DNA of 63,809 nucleotides, the filler included, from Polymyxa betae A26-41 (taxonomy: Eukaryota > Protista > Endomyxa: Phytomyxea), in NCBI GenBank assembly GCA_003693705.1. It is 7 parts of 7 records of this genome, joined end to end, with 100 filler letters (N's around TTAATTAATTAA, not from the genome) between each part and the next. Parts side by side here need not be neighbours in the genome. Positions count along the whole stretch, not along the records: positions 18,821 to 37,151 come from RBZT01000865.1; positions 37,252 to 42,052 come from RBZT01000843.1; positions 42,153 to 51,124 come from RBZT01000552.1; 4 more parts are not named here. One strand, written 5' to 3'. Each line of letters opens with the position of its first letter. The stretch's first letter is position 1. The translations under genes and the position numbers were made by a program. Positions 34,816 to 46,844 of the stretch are shown here, piece by piece. Under the pieces are notes generated by a model, which was not told the origin of the DNA, made no database searches, and was given only the letters and a program-made list of their open reading frames with translations.

Positions 34816-36521
34816 TTATGTCGGATGCTGCCTTTCTCGGGCTGAATTTAGTTGATATAAGAACGGATCTGAATGGCGTTGTGGTGAAAGGATCGCATTG
34901 TCGTCAATGATGCCAAACTCAACAAACAATTGCCATGGTGAAAGCCACGCCCTCGTTAACATGATCAGATCATCGATATATAGAACAGCGATTGTGTTGA
35001 CGATTTCCAGTAGATCGTTGCCGATTCTCCCCCGAAACACAACCTGCTTCGACAAAACAGAGGACGGGGACGTCGCCGACCCTCGCTGCTCGAAATTCTG
35101 ACCTTTGTCATGCTATGCGTTCTGGTTGCCTTTTTGTTCATTTTCTTCAAATCGTGCTGCTTCTGTTTTGACTTTCCCACATTTTCTTCTCCATTAAAAT
35201 CTTCATTTATTTGTAATCATTACTACTGATTAAATTGCTTCTATAGCAGTATGCCTGCCCATTTTTGTCCGATCTTTTCAGGTCTGTTATGTCGTTCATA
35301 ACTGTTTACGTATAATTTCACTTTCGTCATACCATTACTTTGTATCATTGTTTATATTAAGAGAAATGGCTCGAATCTGGGGCACGTCAGCTATAAACTC
35401 GCTATCTCTCACGACGTCTTCTGACGATCCTGCAACCTTGAGCCGTTCGATCATGAGCCGAGCGATCTTAAAGCCGCTGGTGCTGGACACTTTTGGGCAG
35501 ATGATGCTCTGGCGTACTCTGGAGAATGTCTTCTTCACGATTATATTCCATGGTGTCATGTGTGTGTGTCCAAGATGATCCAGAAATTTGCTGGTTAAAA
35601 TCTCGAGATAGACGGCGTTGCAGAACCTGTCGCTTTGACAACCAAATCGACGCTGTATCACTCGTTCTCATACCCGGATGATGAAACCAACGGTTTCACT
35701 GATTATGCTGGAAGTAAAATTGTTTAAGCTCGGCGCCAACAGAAGAACTTTGGGTGAAGGTATTGTGGCCATCTGCATTTCTCTTTATGGGTTTTACTCT
35801 TAATTGTATTTCTGCAAAATGTTAATATATACAGCGATTCACCCCAATAAACTTTCGCCTCACTATCAATCCGCATTCTCCACACGATGGAAATCAATCT
35901 CTTTCCTTCCAGTCGTCGTTGTTCCGATAAGCAATTCGCTCAAAACAGTTCAACAAACAATGAATAATACGTACAGAAATAGCTGGGCAAGCCTTCAATG
36001 ATAATTCTCATGCTGTAAGTGAATTTTCCTTGGGACGAATATGCCATGAGACCTGGATCGCTTGCATGTCCAGTTTTGTTCCTGGCATTATATTTGTATT
36101 CGCATTCATAAGTTATGCGTGCAATGCTCGTAAGTGCTTCGCTGTGCGAATCAAAATGACGCTTTGAAGACGCTCTGTTAGACACGATCCATCCTGACTT
36201 TGCAAGGCGCTGGTGGAGGTGATAATAAACGGCTGCAATTTTGGTGCAAGACAGCGCCAGTGTCTTGAGATCGTACTGAACGATAAAAGAAATCATTGTA
36301 TAGAGAATGACGACATTACCGCGCTTGAGAGTGGAGCCCTTCTCGCGAACATTCAACGAGATGAAAGTTATGTATCTGCAAGTGACCAGTGTGTGATACA
36401 AGCCAGAGATATTTTTGTAAAAGACCTTTCTGCCGGACTTTTTAGAAGAAAATCCGACAGAAAGGTCTGGTTGTTTGACTGACTGTAAAAATTGCGAAAT
36501 TTTCTTAAAAAATCGCCCCAT
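34816..36521 (-). CDS. Hypothetical multi-exon protein
   Basis: Chain of minus-strand ORFs (35940-36521, 35335-35661, 34816-35055); no family recognised. Confidence 0.35.
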
Positions 36522-36530
36522 GTCGATATT

Positions 36531-37151
36531 AGAGACAATTCGGGACGACTTGTTTCAAATTTGAGTTTGAGTTTTCACCCCGTCACAATGACTGAAACTC
36601 AACGGTAATAAAACGAGAATTCGGTGACTGGATGGTTTTGAGTTTCAGTTTCGCTATTGGTACCTCTATCCTCGTACGATTTCATGTTGCCCGCGATGTC
36701 GGAAAAGGAGGCAATCCTATTTATTATCTCAATATTCGCTGCTACCGGTTCCGATATATCCGAGTTCCTCGACATCATGAACTACATTTTGCAGCACGGC
36801 TACTTGCGATTACGTCATCGTAATCCAACTATGATTAACTACAGAAAATATTTCAACGAAGATTTAGACGATGTTACCGCTAAGCACATGTTCAAGTTCA
36901 CTATTCCAGAACTTCGACAGTTGACAGTCGCTCTGCGGTTGCCGAACGTCATTATTACTGGCGCACAGGACGCTGTCCCTGCATTAGAATCTTTAGCATT
37001 GGTATGCCGCCGTCTGGCGGAGCCTAGCCGTCTGTTTACTGTCGCAAACGAGTTCGGTAGGTCTCCCTGGGCATGTTCAAGAGTCATCGATGCTACCGTC
37101 AACATTTTATACGAAACGCATCGCGATCTCCTATTCTTCAATGAGTATTTA
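36531..37151 (+). mobile_element. 5' part of a Harbinger element with transposase N-terminus (HTH_Tnp_4-like), cut by gap
   Basis: FKFTIPELRQLTVALRLP..LALVCRRLAEPSRL..EFGRS..SRVI; preceded by TTA at 36528-36530 and subterminal gagtttca/tgaaactc motifs. Confidence 0.75.
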
Positions 37152-37752
37152 NNNNNNNNNNNNNNNNNNNNNNNNNNNNNNNNNNNNNNNNNNNNTTAAT
37201 TAATTAANNNNNNNNNNNNNNNNNNNNNNNNNNNNNNNNNNNNNNNNNNNNATGATGCAATGACAGAACGAAGCCGATTCTTTCCAATTCCTCTTTCAAC
37301 ATATCAAAGGTCTATTGAAACGGTCATCTCACAAATATCACAGACCGATGGAGAATGATCCCCAGGGTCGCGACTTTCACTTGAAATCTACAGAATATTA
37401 AAATGCAACTCTGGATGACTGAGCACAGTAGCTATTCCGAAAATTCGCCTAAATAGTCACTTTGCCTGTCAAAGTAAAGTAGCTATTATTTTAACCCCAA
37501 AATTCGTTATTTATGACAGAGCACACCCTTAGTGTGTACAGGAGAATTCATTCGTTATATTGAGCGGACACTATTTAAATGGTTAATTGCAACAAAACGA
37601 ATCACTAAAGATGAAGGTGTAAATCGATGTTGCACTTCTCAGGGGACATCATCTACGGAGCACTTTTCAATCGCGTTTGTTTAAACAGTCTTGAAAGGAT
37701 ATTGCTGTTGAGATTCATATCGGCAATCCGGGCATCAGCAGGCCATCGTCGT

Positions 37753-39283
37753 ATGGCGTCTGCATGGTCGTGGTCTACGACCTTATGCCTGGGCCATTCT
37801 GGACAGCATCGATCTGTCCCAATTCGGGTCCAATCCGACCGTCCTCAGCAAGATCTGCCTTCCCTCGTTAATCGAGCCGCCTTCGTCTTATGCTTTGTAC
37901 CCTGTGGTAATTCCCAACAAGTAATCAACACGGTTCCATGAGAGATCTGCTGTTCCTCAATATTAACGTTCTCAGATAGCAGAAATTGTGGCGAAAACGC
38001 TTTCGGCTACGAGCCAATCTCGCATACAAGTGAATACAGATGATACTGAAGTTATTGTCGATGCTAGCCATGCTTTCGTCGTGTATGGTGACCTCCAGAG
38101 GCTATTACATTTGCTTACATTTTGTGGCAGTGAAACTCATTCTTGGGGTCGTGTAGAAATTCTACACGAAACCACAGAGACTGGTCTTTATCATCTGCAT
38201 TTGTCGCCTCACGAGCAGATTCCTCGCCATATTCACAAACATCTTGCAGAAGTTGAGATGATTATCAGCCAGGATATCTGGTGTCAGGAGGGTCCCATGA
38301 AACCCAACGATATTGTTGCCTGGCCTCGTCTGGCACCTCATTCCTATCATAATAAGAGTCCAGATAAGGTGCTCTCAATTCTGTGTGTGAACCAGCCGCG
38401 TTTCGATCATGTTGATGAAATTGTCGTTGGTTTGACTCAACTCCTCATCTGATGCTCGCTTGTTAATTCATTATCAGATGGATCTATAGCGAATAGCTCG
38501 ACATTACAAGAAGCTCGTAGGGAAATCTGCCATGATCCTTGGAGTAATATGCTAGAGAGAGGTGCCGAATTTAGGTTTCAGGGCGCTTTATCTGGTAATC
38601 GGCTCGATGTTCTATGGTTTTTCCTGCGATTAAAACCATATAACGACAGGCCAGGACGTAACTTACTTCGTTAGGAACGAAATTCGTCAAGATGCCGGTG
38701 AGAAAGAGCCATGGCTCTCTCGTTTTAGCTAAAATAATAACAGATGCGGCTCTAATTGCGATTCTGGATGGCTCTAAGATCGTTATCTGTCAGCATCATA
38801 AGTTTGTTCAATCGGCTTCTTGAGGGTTTATATCTAAATCTACCGTAGACGTGGCTGGGAGCTTCCTGGTGGCAAGCGTGATCCGGGAGAGACTATCGAA
38901 GAAACGGCTCGCCGTGAGGTAACTGCTCAAGTATCTCTAGGTTTAGTTGAACGTTGCTAGGCATTGGAAGAAACAGGGATCATCTTAGCCCCAAACCTCA
39001 TATCATTAGGCTATTTCATCGGTACCGGGTAATAGCAATAGTGTTGCCAAGAAAGTGTAGCTTACAATCTTATAGGAATGGTCCTAAACATGTCAAGCAA
39101 GTTTTCATGGCAACTATACAGGAACAAAGTAGTGAATGGAACAAGGACGAAATACTTCAGGTCGGCCGTGCAGACCCGATGGATTTCGCACGGCGATCAG
39201 GAAGCGATTCGGATGTGAGCTTTCTATGTCGGGACTCGGTGGTTCCCATAATAGCATCCCTTCTTCAATTCAGAATTCCATAA
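37753..39283 (+). CDS. Cupin + Nudix hydrolase fusion, possibly with a degenerate FolB-like N-terminus
   Basis: Cupin IPRHIHKHLAEVEM..WPRLAPHSYHN; Nudix box RGWELPGGKRDPGETIEETARRE|ALEETG split by an intron; YtkD-like C-terminal SFLCRD. Confidence 0.8.
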
Positions 39284-39290
39284 TGACAAT

Positions 39291-42052
39291 TTATGTTGTT
39301 CGGTTTCGCTTCTTTACTTGGTAGACAACAGTTTGAATAGGTACCAGATCACCTGCCAGTGAAGGATATTTCTCTCGAATAATCTCGTCGAATCGCTGAT
39401 AATATTTCAGAAGCTGCATTGACACTGCTTTTAACACGGATTCCTCCCATCTTGTTTCGGTACCATTTCCGGAAAATTGCCCGTTGCAGATAATGTTGGA
39501 GATCGCATCTACTCCTGTTCAATTGTTCAGCAAACAAAAGGCGTTACAACTTTAAAAAACCTTGTTTCCATTGAGAAGCGTATATTTTGATTGCTGTTGA
39601 CGCTAACTTTGAAGAGTCACTTGGCAATGAAGAACCCTAGTTCGAATTCAGAGAATGTTCACGAAACTGCACAGAAGTACATCGTATGATTTGATGAATG
39701 TCAGCATCGATTTGAATTCATCACGAGAGTGAAGAAATTCAATGCCATAGGCAGCAACGTGTTGCTCCGCTAGGTCATCGAATACGGCGCTATCCTCAGA
39801 ACCAACCTATTCAATTGTTCAAACTTTTAATCGAGTAGTTCTTGCTGGACAAACCGTGCTTTTCAGCTCAAAAGCAACATGCTCCAATTGATTGATTAAA
39901 AAAACCATACGATCACTAAAAAACGGTTATCAATTACGAACAAATCTTAACTTTGAATGCCTTTGCGACAAAGTCGCTGCCATTTGGTTCAAGAGCGAGA
40001 CGAAACTGTTTCGTACTCTCATTAATGACGATTTCACGATTTCATCCCTGCAACCAGTATTATAGAAAATACCTCGCAGGACGTTGCCTGCCTTACGAAT
40101 TGAATGGAGCTGTATTTAGTGTCACCAACGCATGACAAAGTGCAGCGAATCTGTAAACCGGTTAGAAAGTCAAGCATCGTGGAATGGGCCAGCACACTAC
40201 CTGCGAGTGATTACATGTGCTGAATGAGGGGTATAATCTGGCGAGCTGATTTTGTAAGTAGTTATACTGGAGCAATGGCCATCGAATACAGTCTAACAAA
40301 ACATCAGGTTCGAAAAAACCCCGAAATGAGTAGGACATTCTTACTTTGAACCTCGGCCACACTAGCATACTGAATCTATCAAACATGTGATCAAGGACAG
40401 TAATGGTCTGGCATCAAATAAGATTGCAGACAACGTTTTAGAGCACACTAACAGCTGCACCAGGCTTAGTTTTCAGAGCAGTTCTATGCTTCTCGCAAAC
40501 GCGAACCTAGAAGCGCAATGTTGATATTAATAATGCAAATCAACCACATGCTTACAGTTAATAAGATTCCAATAACATCAAATGACGTGTTCAGATATTG
40601 CTCGAGATCTGTCTGTATCAGGCCTACACAAAAGGAGAATAAGTTCAACGAAACAACCAGAGGATGCCAAAGACCGATTGTCTTAACGAAGATAGAATTA
40701 GACAGGTTTGGGTCATGGAAGAAATCAGAGACATATTGATGTTCAGAGACAGCAGTATTAGCAAGCAAATGAAGGACGGAGTCCCAGACATCCTCCCAAG
40801 CCAATACACGTCCAGAATCATCCATTACACCAGGACTAAACGATGGGGAAACCAGCACCTTCCAATTAGCATTCAGCGTGAGCCGAAAACAACAACAGCT
40901 CAGCCAGCACCTTATGACGATCACCCAGCGATAAAATATTCAGAATGTGCTGTTCTGGCTTCTTGGATCCAACGCCAAACAGCCCATTGCTTTTCGAAAT
41001 CTCTGTACCACATAGCAAATCGGTCTTGTCGATCAAAGACAACTAGACAAGAATCATTGGAGAGCAACCAATCAGTTTTAGTGTAAAGTACGTTTCTGTT
41101 CAAGCGCTTCAAGTGGATCGAATGAACTTCGTTAATATAACCTTGGAAAAAACTGGATAGCAATGTCGACATTGTGGTCGTGTAGAAGTTGACAATCTGA
41201 ACACGATAAATCAATTTGCATTCCGCAAGATGAGAACAGAAAAAATCGGACTTCGTTGGCAATCGGTTTGGCATGCTCGTTTAAGAACTCGTTCAGGTAT
41301 TTATATTTTAAAAGCACACCTTGCTTCACTTGTACATTTGACCGAGATTTCTGCAGTTCGTTGATCTTCTGCATCAGAAACTGCCTGATCCGCGATATCT
41401 TTTCCATCACGTTAGCAATAGCAAAACAAGAATCCCTAAAAGCGTCAACGTACAGCTTTGTCGGTCAACGTACGAACGTGCTGGCTCGTCTCAATCAACG
41501 ACGGATGCTCATCCGGTTGACGAAGATACATGATCTTGGAATGCAGCTCGGCAAGGTGATCGATGAATTTCGAGTCGATAGCATCTTGGCACAATCCTCT
41601 GTACAAAGGCAGTTTCAGAAGAGAGTCTGAAACGGGGAATAACGACCAACTTAACAAGCTCTGGTTTAATAACAACTGTGTTGATGAATTTTGATATTTT
41701 TCTCTCTGCTGATCGCCGGTTCCTTAATTTGATGTTCATCGACAAACTCTGGAATACACTGAGTTCGTTCCTTTGAGAGAAATAATAATAAAAAAATGAA
41801 AAATCAACCTCGACTTGGAGCTTCTTAATGTCAGAGCTGATTCCACCAAGATTTTCTTGGAAACCTCTCAGCCTGCGCAAATCGGTTGTAAGGCCAACAA
41901 GAGCTTCGCATTGCCGTATTCAACTAACATCGTTTCTAATCCTTCCAATATAGAATCGCATGTTTGAATTTCTCGATACAAATCAGCAACATTGTCACTA
42001 TGTTCGACAACTGTATTTTCATCTCAATAAGCTTGGAAGTGTAATGGCACAG
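39291..42052 (-). CDS. VPS52: Vacuolar protein sorting 52 (GARP/EARP subunit), 5' end in gap
   Basis: NVADLYREIQTCDSILE; GFQENLGGISSDIKKLQ..SMNIKLRNR; LLKYKYLNEFL; YTTTMS; MLVWPRFK; C-terminus DLVPIQTVVYQVKKRNRTT*. Confidence 0.9.
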
Positions 42053-42239
42053 NNNNNNNNNNNNNNNNNNNNNNNNNNNNNNNNNNNNNNNNNNNNTTAA
42101 TTAATTAANNNNNNNNNNNNNNNNNNNNNNNNNNNNNNNNNNNNNNNNNNNNGGATTAAGGATTAATCGACGATAATCAAGGTCCGATTGCCCCATAACA
42201 TTTCTAGTTTCTTATATCCTAACCCTACCTGTATAAGCA

Positions 42240-42950
42240 ATGACTGTATCGAGCTCGAGTCCGATCTCAATCGATTCTGATGATGGCGATCGTATTAAGT
42301 TCCTGATCTATACGCGATTGACAGATCCCAACCAGCCGCTAGCGACACCTCGTCAAATCTATGGATTTCTCGAAGATGAGTTGGACGTGAAGCCAGGCGG
42401 GCTTTATCGTGATCGAATCCTTCGTCGATCGATTCGCACCTGGATTGAACAGATCACCGACTTCATTACCGCCCATTCCAGAACTTTTCGTCGACCACGA
42501 CCTTCGAATCCACGACCAGCAAAACCAAAATCGCCTTGCTTTGAAGAATATCGCCAGCTGAGGAAGCTTTGCACGTTGAATAAGATTACGTAAGTTGATT
42601 TGTGTGATCACTGATAGATGTTCCTCAAATCGTACAGGTTGAATCGAATATCTCTTTCAGAGCTCTCACTGATAGATAAGGTCGCCGTCCTTCGTGATAC
42701 TTTATCAGAGGCAGGCGTCGAATCGAGCGATACAGACCAGACGAGTTGTGTGTCATCCAAACCAAGCCCCATAATTGATATGAACATGATCGAAACAATT
42801 GGTGGTACCTCTGGGACTCGAAAGCGAAAGCAAGCATTGGACGACGATTTTCTCCAGCTAAATGAGTCAAAGACGAAGCGTTCCTCAATCACCAGCTGTG
42901 CCAGTGAGAAATCGTTTGATGATTTCGATGCATTTCGACCGAAGCAGTAG
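42240..42950 (+). CDS. HIRIP3-like/DEK_C + CHZ-like histone chaperone
   Basis: TPRQIYGFLEDELDVKPGGL (DEK_C-like); QLRKLC..KVAVLRDTLSEAG..IDMNMIE..RKRK; short intron at ~42590-42618. Confidence 0.5.
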
Positions 42951-43069
42951 TCGCTGCAGGTTCCAAAATAAATCTTACTCAAATTCAAAACAAAAAATCC
43001 ATCAGTGCTTCTGATAGATTTTTGGACTAGAAGTAGACATGCCGTCTAAAATTTAAGAGAGTCGAAACT

Positions 43070-43869
43070 ATTATATTGACGAGAAGCGTCGATTGCTTTG
43101 AGTTTGGCAGCGAACAGAGTTTGACAGCGTACAGAGTTTAAATGGTTCACTCAGAAATTATCAATTTCCGTCTCTTTTTGAGCCACTTTGCTCTGTATCT
43201 TCGGTTATCAATTGATTTAGGGAAACTAACCTGAACGATAAATCAGTCGTTGATTTTCATCACAGCGGATGTAAATTACCTGAAGAAAATACTCGGGACA
43301 ATCAAGCAGAAACTCTTGGGAAGAGATATCAACAGCGACTGCTTTGATATCATCCTGCAAACATAAATTAGACTTCTCCAAAGGTCTTCCGAAAGCAGAT
43401 AATTACAAGTAAAGGGAGATGGATTTCCAGGACAATACCAGAATTTGTTCTTGTTAGTGAGTAATTAGGAGTCTCTTTGACTTCTTCGATCAAAATCTTT
43501 CGTAGAGGTTTATCATTCTTCTGTTGTTCAGCTGAAAGTCGAATGCCATCAACATTATCGATATCCTCCTCAGGCAAGACCGAATTATTGTCGGTCAGAG
43601 CCGATTTAAAAGGCAGAATGATTGAGGGGTTCTGTTTCGTCCCATTGTTCGGCTGATCCTGTTTAGGCTGTTGTTCACGTTCAGGTACTTTCCCCGGTCC
43701 TTCTTTCAGCTGCTTCGAAACAAAATCCTTATACGCTGACGGGTCGGATTCAGCTAGATTATCCAGGAACGACCATAGATGATCAACGGTCTTCCTGAGA
43801 TCGCCTACAACCCAGCTGGAATCATTAGGCCTAATAAGATATGACAACAGTCACCTTACCTTTATCCAT
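43070..43869 (-). CDS. PIH1D2: PIH1D2-like dynein assembly/R2TP co-chaperone
   Basis: LWSFLDNLAESDPSAYKDFVSKQLKEG (PIH1D2 N-terminal signature); ILIEEV; CS domain TPNYSL..IVLEIHLP; 3' end approximate. Confidence 0.7.
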
Positions 43870-44000
43870 AGCCGACCTCTCAACCTGACTATGGAAAATA
43901 GTCTGAGAAAAATTTGCGCGTTTTTCCAGTTTTTTTTTTGAAGATCTTTCATATCTGTCGTTGTCTGATTTTATTACTCAAAGGTGCCAGCTTCTAGAAC

Positions 44001-46249
44001 ATGCCGAACGTGGTTTCCAAGCAGTGTGATAATGAGACATGTCTGTTTCATCGGTGTCGGAACCTAGATTACAAACACGAAGGATCAGTTGAGGGAGATA
44101 TTTTTTCTAGATCATCTGTATCGATTGGGACTGTTTAGTCGCAGCCACGATGCAGGAACATCCCAGCAAGCTTATCCTGGGATGGATGGGCCATCTGGTT
44201 GCTCCAGAATGGGACGATAGAAAGGCCTACAACAATTGCTATCATTGCAGTCAGAGGTTTCAGATCGGGCATCAACATCATTGCCGCTTATGTGGCCATA
44301 TGTTCTGCTCGATGTGCACTGCCAAGTATCTGGTCAGTTCTCAATTCAAACGCAAAGACAAGGACGGGCCTGATCGTGTCTGTTTTGGTTGCCGAAATCA
44401 ATGCCTTGAACGCAGAGCTAAATTCGTCAAAAATGAACCGGCGTTGAAGCCACAAATGGTCCTAGCATACGACAACGCCGGCATAATGCATATTTACCCT
44501 CCTGTTTGGGCTAAAGCCGGATCGTACATGAACTGCAAAGTAGATCAAACTCAATTTAAATGCGCCGATTATAACTATGGTTAGCTATGTCACGAGATGT
44601 TGGTTAAGGGCAATACGCATCATTGTCGAGCTTGTGGTGAGATGTTCGATAAGAACTGCACGACGAAGATGGAAGTACCGCAGGCGTTTAAGAAAAAGCC
44701 TAAAAATGGTCCATGTCGAGTATGTTACGAATGCAGATATCACCTCCTTAGTGGGAAAGCCGTATTAGGTAGAATAGTACCTCAGTTTTTGTCGAATGAA
44801 AACTGAAGCATTTTGGAAGATGAAAGGCCAATTTCAGCATTGAACAGTAATGTTTCGCTGCTCAACACCGAATCATTACCTGCGGCTAAATTGCTGCCTG
44901 TATCGATCCTTTGGGAAGATACCAACGAGAAGCCGATCGTTACATTGAATGTCGTTGGACAATGTACGCTGGAGGAGATCAACGATCGTCTATTGCGAGC
45001 AATGCCTGACATGAAACCGGTTGAGTATACGTATATCTGCCGAGGCCGGCCCATCTTTAAAGAACATTGGTCTGGTAGAACTGATATTCAGGTTGTGAGC
45101 TGACTCTTGGTAGGGGGGTGTTTAATGCCGATTTCATATCTCCAGAAATTATTATCCGGCAAGGCACATTGGAGGTGGTTTCCGACGATCAACCTGATTT
45201 AAAGTTCTGGTTGTTCCTATATTTGGATTCACCGTTAACAATCGTTTAGGACTATTATGACAGCGCCTGCCAATATCAATCAACAAAATCATATATCGCC
45301 ACGAATGCAATCAAAGATGGTAGCACTGCATAGCAGCTTTGAACCCGATAAATCAACGTAAATATCGTTGACTGAAGAAAAACGAAAATATTGAAAAACT
45401 GATTTTTTTAAAGCAAAAAACAACCCGAAAACTTCCATGGGGGGAAAAGGTACCCTTTCCTTCGAGAATAAGCATAAAAACTCATGCATTTTTTAGAGCG
45501 AGTGAAATCATCAAGTCGACAACTATTTTAAAGCCTGTTAAGCCACTAAACATTGAACATAACAAGGTGTTTTAGTTGAATAGGCAAATATTGGGCTTTG
45601 ACGTTGCATTATTAGGATGCCTATGGAAACTTTATCGAACGCTCAACTCAAGCGAACATCAACCGGCCAAATGTTAACATCCTGAAACAGGTAATACAGA
45701 ATCTTTCCAAAACGTACCAACTTAGTTACTATAGGAGCACATGGATAAGTTGGAAGAGAAGCCTCTCGATCGTTTGCAGGAGCCATTCAGTGAGAAGCTG
45801 GATCTCTCAAATCAAGAAGCAGCAGAAATGAAATCGCCAATTTCCGATGCGAAGCCATTAAAGGTCGGAACACAGTAAACTGTCCCAAACAATAGACACT
45901 TATAGCAGTTCAGGCGGACGAGAAACAATCTGACAACGAAATGGCCCAGGTGAACGGCGACTATCTGCTCGTGCGATCACGTTATGATTTTAAGACCGAC
46001 AAGGCAACGCTGCTATCATGTTCAGTTGACGAGAACCTCAGTGAGTTCTTGTTAAGCTTAGACCAATAACAATTTAGCCCTGGTATAGTAATAATTAAAA
46101 GGCCAGAGAAAAGCGGTTGGTGGCTAGCACAGAATGCATCGAAACAGAAAGGATGGGTCCCGGCACGATACATGCAGATACTGCATGAATACTCAAACCA
46201 GCAGGCGACTTCGACTACAACCAAAGCAATCGAATACAATTATGATTGA
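44001..46249 (+). CDS. Tandem FYVE-like zinc fingers + ubiquitin-like + SH3 protein
   Basis: HHCRLCGHMFCSMC..RVCFGC; HHCRACGEMF..RVCYEC; TLEEINDRL..YTYICRGRPI; SH3 RYDFK..GWWLA..KGWVPARYM. Confidence 0.8.
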
Positions 46250-46844
46250 AGCGAAACATGGAAACATTGCAACTCACCAATAAGGGATTCTCCAAGCGTC
46301 GTTGTAACATTACAAACGAAGTAGTAGATGATTTACTTTAAATTGGCACGCTGTATACAGCGTTTGTTAGTAGCAAAATATGAGCTGTTTACAAAAAAAG
46401 CCAGCTTGATTAGGTAATTTTGTTGAATGAATTCCGAACATGATAAATCGGATTATGAGACGGTTTTAAAACGGTGTCGAAGTTGGTGAATCAATTATAG
46501 TTGTGGCGCTGTCACAACAGTATACAGCCCAGCGAGTTTCCAGAACTGCAGAACCTGCATGAATAGAATCCCACTTCTTAGACGAATGTGTAAAAGCAAA
46601 AACGCTCAAGATATAAAACTTCGCAGATCTCGGTAATGTCTTACGATAACGATTGCTGTCATGCACAGGACAATGAGACAACGTTGCACATTCCGAGCTG
46701 AGAAGTCTATCCAGACTCGAAACAGCCGTCGGTTATCACGAATGGCTGAAGGTGCTATCAATTAGCTACCCTAAAACGTAAATGAAGGGCTGCAGACGAT
46801 TGTCTGCGCTATGAGACGTGATTTTCTACGGGGGTCATTCTCAA

